64,000 bases of DNA from the human T2T-CHM13v2.0 reference genome, Homo sapiens: the NCBI RefSeq assembly GCF_009914755.1, contig NC_060928.1. The stretch is one strand, 5' to 3'. Below are positions 57,400 to 64,000 of this stretch, piece by piece. The translations under genes and the position numbers were made by a program. The number at the start of each line of letters is the position of its first letter. Positions within the stretch are counted from its first letter, which is position 1. The notes beneath the pieces are model-generated. The model was not told the origin of the DNA. It saw nothing but the letters and a program-made list of their open reading frames with translations, and ran no database searches.

Positions 57400-60003
57400 T
57401 CTTTGACTATAATTAAAGTCAGTATCATAATATATATTGGCCATTTGTGTTGATGTTCCATAAAATTTTTATTCATTTATTTTGTCCCTCTTTAATTACT
57501 TTTTAAAATATTTATTGTATGGAGTTTTTTGTATTCTAGATGTTAATCTTATATTAGTATATTTGCTCAGAATATTTTTTATCAATGTGTAGCTTGTCTT
57601 TTCACTTGCTTTATGATGCCTTTTGATAAGCAATGGTTGCTAATTTTAAAGTAATACAATTTATCATTATTTTCCTCTGTGATTAATAAGCTTTGTGTTT
57701 GAAGTAATTCCTTCTTATTGTGAAATCACGAAGATAAGTGTCTATATTTTCTTCTAAAAATTTAAAATTTTGCCTTGCATACGTAAGTACTTCTTAAATC
57801 TGGAATGGCTTTCAGAATAAGGTGTGAGGTAAAATCAGGTTTCGTCTTCCTTCCTTTCTCAAATGGAAATTGCTAAAGCACAATCCAACATTCCACACTT
57901 CCCACGCTATTCCTCAAAGCCCACTGTGCCATATGTCAAGCGGCTGTGATGCAGTAGAACATAAGCCAGAGTCTTTGCTTGTTTGACTCAATGGCTTTTG
58001 CCAACCACCCACCACTAACCCTGACACAAGCAAATGTTCAATAAATGTTTGTTGAATTAATATCTTTGGATCTGTTTCTAAATTCTCTATTCTCTGTCAC
58101 TGGTCTAATTGTTTATTCTAGCATAAATACCACATTCTTAATTGCCATAATTTTATTTGTCTGTTCTTGGGATTTTGTTTTTCACATATATTTTGTATCA
58201 TCCTGGCAAGTACTACAAACAAAAAACAATCAAACCTGTTGATACACTAATTTAAACATTGTGTAATCCATAGATAAGTCTGGGGAAAATAGACACCTTT
58301 TAGATAATTTGTTGTCTTTCAGAAAATAAGTTTCTCCACAAAATCCTTAGCATCTTTTTAAAATTTTTCCTTGTAGATATTTTTTGTATATACATGTGTG
58401 TTCATGTGTGTACCTGTGTATTTGTACATATTGTACGTATGCATAGCGTTATATATGTAACATTTCCTGTTATTGGTAGTTAGAAATGCAACTAATTTTT
58501 TTCATGTTAATTTTGTATCCAGAAATCTTATCTCAACAATTAATTCTAATAATTAGTAGATAGTGCTATCATTTTCAATAAGAATGATTTTGATTTCTTT
58601 CCAAAACTTACAACTTTTATTTTTGTTTCTATTTTTTTATTGTGAACAGAAGCTACAGGATATTGAATAGAAGTGGTTGATGGTAGATGTTCTTGTTCCT
58701 CATATTAAAGTAAAAACTTTTAATATTTTTAAATTATTTAACATGTTGCTTTGGGGCTTTCTAAAATTATCTGCTGTCAGTTTTTAAAGGTCTTTTTTCA
58801 TTTGTATTTTATTTAGTGGTTTTGTTGAATTTATGGATTGCATTTTTTTAATCTATTGACCTAATTTATTCTGTTAATATGGCAAATTAGACTAACAGGT
58901 TTTCAAATGCAGAAGCTAATTGTAATTCTTGGATAAAACTCTTTTGGCAATAACACACTGTCTTTCAAAAAACAATCTTGATTTCTTTTAGCTATTATTC
59001 TGTTGAGGATTTTAGCATCTATGTTTACAAGTGGGAACAACCTATAGTGTGATATTTTCATAATGTCCTTTCCTGTATAAGCATCAGCTTTACACTAAAC
59101 TTATAAGTCTTTGGAAGGGTTTGCACAAGATGAAAATTATCTTTTTGTTGAATATTTTGCGGAACTGGCATATAAAACTCTCCCAGCCTGAGATTTTAAT
59201 GTTGTGACTTAAATAGTGATGAAATTTCTTCAATGAGTGTAGGAGTAGTCTAGGTTTCCAAATCTTTTAGAGTCTCTTTTGGCAATTCACATATTTTTAG
59301 ATTTTGTTTTTCTAATTTGTCTGTCTTCAAATGTATTGACATGAAACTGCACGAAGTATTCTTTTAGCTTTTAAAAATCACTCCTTTATCGAATGAAATG
59401 TACATTTTGATTCCTAATAATGTTTGGGTATTTTCTCTTTAAAAATAATTAGACTTGTCTTAGGTTTGTGAATTCTATGGAACTTGTCAACAAACCAAGA
59501 CTTTATTAAAAGGTAGAGGTTATTATTAATAATAATTAATATAACTATTATATTTAATATAATTAATATAACAAAATTATTATAACAATATTATTAATAA
59601 ACCAAGACTTTATTAAGCTATTTATTAAATTTTAATTTTCTTTTTAAATGTGTTCAGATATCATTCCTTCTACTTTCTTCTGATTAATTTTATTTTTTGA
59701 ACCTCTTATTTTAGATAATTAATTTTCAGCTTTTTGTCTTTTCCAATATAATCATTTAACATGGTAAATTTCTCTCCATACACTGCCTTAGTCTAGATCT
59801 CACAAGCCTTGATTTATTAATAATCAGTTCTGAGTGATTCCTAAATGACTAAATGATTTCCCATGAATTATGTGTTATTTAGAAGGATGTTACTTGTTTT
59901 TATCTTTTAAATCATTGATTTCTTATTTAATTGAATTGAAGTCATAGAATGTATGTATATACAACTTAAACTTTAAATTTGTGTCACTTTTTATGGCCTA
60001 TGA
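57400..60003 (-). mobile_element. Ancient L1M (L1MC/ME-like) ORF2 remnants, continuing at ~63344-63620
   Basis: T-rich antisense L1 motifs (TTTTGTATCCAGAAA, GATATTGAATAGAAGTGG, TTGAGGATTTTAGCATCTATGTT). Confidence 0.65.
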
Positions 60004-60558
60004 TAGTGCTTCTCAAATTATCTTATCAAAGGGTCATTTTCTTTTAAATTTCCTATCATGGCTTATACTTTTATAAATGCAATAAATTAATAAGCAAATA
60101 AATTACTATGAAGAAAAAATTTTTAAAAGACATACAAAATGCAAACCCACATTTTAGTATTCAACAAGCAGAAATTTACATTCCAGGAAATATAATCAGA
60201 ACAAAATAATAATGGAAGAAAGAAAAGAATTAAGAAAACTGAATTTATGGTTCACTACAATTTCACATAAGGTGATTAATGTAAATAATTTCTATTAAAT
60301 TCATAACTCTGTCATTCTAGTATCATAACAAAACTAAAATTTATGAAGGAAGTAGCAAGTTTCTATTTTAAGTACCTTTGGCACCCTTTGATTAGATATC
60401 ATGTATATTTAAAGGGTTTAATGTAACAAATGAGCTTGTTTCTTGCTTATAAATTTAGCTAATCTAGGTTGGATTTATAACCATAGTACTGTTAGGAGAT
60501 AACATACATCTAAACTATTGATATACTTTGCTCTATTAATACTCCATTGTAGAGTGTA

Positions 60559-60990
60559 CAGTTGGTTTTTGAGCAAGCAGAGAGTTGGAGTGCTGATGAC
60601 CCTGCAGTCAAAAATCCCTGTGCAGCTTCTGACTCCCCCAAACCTTGACTACTAATAGCCTACTCTTGACCAGAAGCCTTACTGATAACATAGTCAATTA
60701 ACACATATGATATATGTTATAGGCATTATATACTGTATTCTTACAATAAAGCAAGCTAGAGAAAAGACAGTGTTATTAAGACACTCATAAGGAAGAGAAA
60801 ATATGTTGATATTCATTAAGTGGAAGTGGATTATCACAAAAGTCTTCGTCCTCATCATCTTCATGTTGAGTAGGCTGAGGAGGAGCGATGGGGGAATTGG
60901 TCTTGTTGTCTCAGGGGTGGTAGATGTATTGGAAAATCCATATATAAGTGGACCCACACAGTTCAAACCTGTGTTATTCAGGGGTCACTT
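60559..60990. mobile_element. Tigger2a (MER28)-like element
   Basis: TA|CAGTTG start; ACTAATAGCCTACT..ACCAGAAGCCTTAC; ends TAAGTGGACCCACACAGTTCAAACCTGTGTTATTCAGGGGTCAC. Confidence 0.85.
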
Positions 60991-61475
60991 GTGTTAGTTA
61001 TCTACTGCTGCATAATAAATTGCCCAAAGATGTAACATCTCAAACAATGAACTTAAAGTTTCTGTGGCTTACGGTTTTTGGAGCAGCTCAGGCGGTTAGT
61101 TCTGGCTTAGGAGCTCTTTCGTAAAGTTATGGTCAAAGTTTTGACTGGGGCTGTTTCCTCTGAAGGCTTGGGAAGGCTGAAGGATCTCGTTCTAAAATGT
61201 CAGGTTCGGAAGGCTGCTGGCAAGGCCTTCCCTTCCTCCTCAAGGGGGCCTCTCCATCGTGCTGCTTAAGCGTCCTCACTACGAGGCCGCTGGCTTCCCC
61301 CAGAATGCAATGCCTCTTTGTGACTTCGTTTCAGAAGCCACTTACCATCACTTCTGCCATATTCTGTTTTTTGGAAGCAGATCACTAAGGCCAATCCAAA
61401 AGTGGTGGAGTTAACCTCTACCTCTTAAAGGGAGGCTTATGAAAGAAATTATGGACATATTTTAAAATTACTATA
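60989..61475 (-). mobile_element. MLT1F/G-like MaLR solo LTR
   Basis: TGTGTTAGTTATCTACTGCTGCATAATAAATTGCCC..TCACTTCTGCCATATTCT..GGACATATTTTAAAA. Confidence 0.78.
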
Positions 61476-61908
61476 TAGAGAAACTAATCTCAAAACTTTA
61501 TAGGAATGCAGGAAGAGATTTCAGGTTCATAATGTTCATTTCATAGCTTCTATCTGAAATGAAACAAGTGATGCTTTTCTTTCAACTTTAATATGTCATC
61601 AGCCAATTCCAATAATTTATATTGTAAAATTATGGATAAATTTAAATTACCTTTTGATGAAAAAATGGATTCTGTATTCATGAATTTTATATGTATTCAT
61701 GAAATTTCATTTTTTGGTAGAAAATAATTTTGGAAGATAAAATTTTAAAATATTCGATCAAATTCAAAAACAGTTTATTGATAACTTTTCACAGATACAC
61801 AATATTGAAATCATCTGTTTCCTTGTCATAGTTGTGAAATTATGGTACATGTTATAGGAATCTGTAGAAACTCTACCTTCCTTACTCTCTGAAGTTTGTC
61901 TTTGTCCC

Positions 61909-62091
61909 TTAGTAATATCTGTCGTTAATAAATATGTGACATTCCTTCTTTACCTTCAAGTAAATACCAGAGACAATAGATAATATGCCCTCTGCCCAAT
62001 TCTTATGTTTAAAATGTTTGGACCGAACTGGTTTGTTATTTTGCAAAAACATTATTGATTCAGTATTGTGGATATTGTCAATTACACTCAT
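61909..62091 (-). pseudogene. hAT (Buster/Charlie) transposase remnant
   Basis: FLQNNKPVRSKHFKHKNWAEG resembles the recalled SCAND3/ZBED9-type segment FLQGKKPMWSQLFKDVNWTAR. Confidence 0.5.
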
Positions 62092-62224
62092 GATATCTAT
62101 ACATTTGGCAACAGTTGTGTATAATTTATTTCCATATTATCACACAAAGAGAATATTTTCAAAATTAATAGCTGGCCTTTACATAATTCACAAATCTTAA
62201 TTATGAGTAATTAATTAGAGTAAT

Positions 62225-63045
62225 ATTTGAATATATGTATACAATGTGTAATGATCAAATTAGGGTAATTAGCAAATCCACCAACTCAAACATTTATCAT
62301 TTGTTTATGTTGGGAACATTCAAAATCCTCTCTTCTGTTTGAAAATATATAATAAGATATTGCTAACTATAGTCACCCCATTGTACTATAGAAGAACCAG
62401 AATTAATTCTCCTATCTAGCTGTAATTTTGTATCTGTTAACCAACTTCTATTTATCTTGCCCTCCCCTGAACCTTTCAGACTCTCATAACCACAATTCTA
62501 CTCTCTACTTTTATGAGCTTAACTTTTATTGGCTCCCACACATGACTGAGAACATGAAATATTTGTCTTTCTGTGACTGAATTATTTCACTTAACGTAAT
62601 ATCCTCGGGGGTCACTGTGTTGCAGAGAATGGCAGGATTTCATTCTTTTCGATGGCTGAATAGCATTCCACTGTGTTTATATACTACATTTTCTTTACCC
62701 ATTTTTTCTGATGATGGAGGCTTACGTTGATTCCATATCTTGGCTATTGTGAATAGTGCAGCAATAAACATAAGGGTGCAGATAGCTCTTCGATATTCTG
62801 ATTTCTTTTTCTTTGAATAAATATCCAGTAGTGGTAGTTCTGTTATTGTTTTTCTGGGGGGTGGATTTCTATACTATTTTCCATGTTAGTTATATTCGTT
62901 TACCTTCCCACCAACAGTGTATAAGTGTTCCCATTTCTCCACGTCCTTGCCAGCATTTGCTATCTTTTGTCTTTTTGACAATAGCCATCTTAACTGGGGT
63001 GAATGAGGCCTCTCTCTGATTTTATTTACATTTCTCTAATCACAT
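62225..63045 (-). mobile_element. L1MA (MA4/5-like) 3' end
   Basis: TACAATGTGTAATGATCAAATTAGGGTAATT..CTCCCACACATGACTGAGAACATG..CTTGGCTATTGTGAATAGTGC. Confidence 0.85.
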
Positions 63046-63624
63046 GTAATTTTTTAATTGTAAGAATATATAGATGAGGAAAGCAATATATTAATTGACT
63101 TTTTGGCACAAATTCTTAATCTGAGTAACTGTGTGGCTGTACCATAAGAATATACTCCAACATAATACGTAAAGTCCACGTCACGTTTGCACACTGATTG
63201 GGCTCCTGAATGTCAAACAGTGTCAAAGGGTTATAAAACTTTTCTCAGTGCTTACTCTTAGTTTCTGAACTTGTTTTGTTATGGATTGTTAACAGGCATT
63301 CATGAATCAGTCTTGTCTGTGGACTAGAATTTGAGCAGCAGAGACTTAGGACATGACCTTTTTTCTTAAATGTTTCTGTGTGCTAGAAAAAGAATGTATG
63401 TGTTCCAGATGTTGGATCCAGAGTTCGGTATTTATCAATTTGATGAAACTTAATATAATTTAAATCTTCTATATATTTATTGATTTCTGTTGTGCTTGAT
63501 TTATAAATTTTTGAACATTAAAATCTTTCACCGTGGTTATAATTTTGTCCATTTTTCTTATGCTCCCGCCAAATTTTTCTTTATATATTTTGAAGCTACG
63601 TCATTTAATTTTTAAAGATAATAC

Positions 63625-63870
63625 ACTATTACAATTAAGAGTTTGGATTCTAGAATTAGGCTACATGGACTGGACTACCAGCTATATGACATTGGCCAAG
63701 TTCTGTAATGCATACCTAAGTTTCTTTACCTATGAAATAGGAATAATAATCACATCTACCTCATAGATGAGGTGGTTGCTGAACAGTTAATGAGATAATA
63801 TATGCAAAGCACTTGACTATGGATTTAGAGTAAGCTCTTAACATTATCTAATATAATCATTGTTATCTAT
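63625..63870 (+). mobile_element. MIR
   Basis: CCAGCTATATGACATTGGCCAAGTT..TACCTCATAG..TAATGAGATAATATATGCAAAGCACTT. Confidence 0.75.
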
Positions 63871-64000
63871 AAAAGCAGCCTACCCAATATATGCACATTA
63901 AATACTTATTGAGTAAATATTAATTAAATATTAAATGAATGTTGAGAGATAAATTAATAGGTTGTTTCATGTTACTTGTGGAAATATTATAGCATTGAGA

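Larger units (their letters stand above)
60004..63343 (-). mobile_element. hAT-Charlie (Charlie10-like) DNA transposon fossil with nested insertions
   Basis: Termini TAGTGCTTCTCAAA / TTTGAGCAGCAGAG; degenerate 8-bp TSD GCCTATGA / ACTTAGGA; the L1M host resumes after it; internal peptide resembles Buster-type transposase. Confidence 0.6.

Overview
AT-rich, CpG-poor primate genomic DNA. It is almost certainly human, because an Alu carries AluYa5/Ya8 diagnostic bases. The window is intronic or intergenic in character and dominated by transposable-element debris: Alu, L1, L2, MIR, MaLR/ERV solo LTRs, and hAT and Tigger DNA transposons. I recognise no intact protein-coding gene, RNA gene or CpG island. 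Almost all listed ORFs are spurious or TE-derived; the exceptions are L1 ORF2 fragments and one hAT transposase relic. The most notable observations are: (1) a 216-bp, ~96%-identical copy of a nearby LTR8 segment trapped inside the microsatellite tail of an AluY, between that Alu's TSDs; (2) an 11 x 53-bp minisatellite with 3-unit higher-order structure and AP-1-like sites inside an ERV LTR; (3) a possible chain of small minus-strand exons ending in a repeat-free block at ~20.5-23 kb; (4) a young Ya5/Ya8-like Alu inserted into the TSD of an older Alu; (5) an L1-in-L1 insertion that creates an in-frame chimeric ORF2 C-terminus; (6) a 3.3-kb hAT-Charlie fossil with a transposase remnant and promoter-like motifs. 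Subfamily names come from recalled consensus sequences, not a database search, and old-repeat boundaries are approximate. I do not see convincing evidence of a wholly new biological system.
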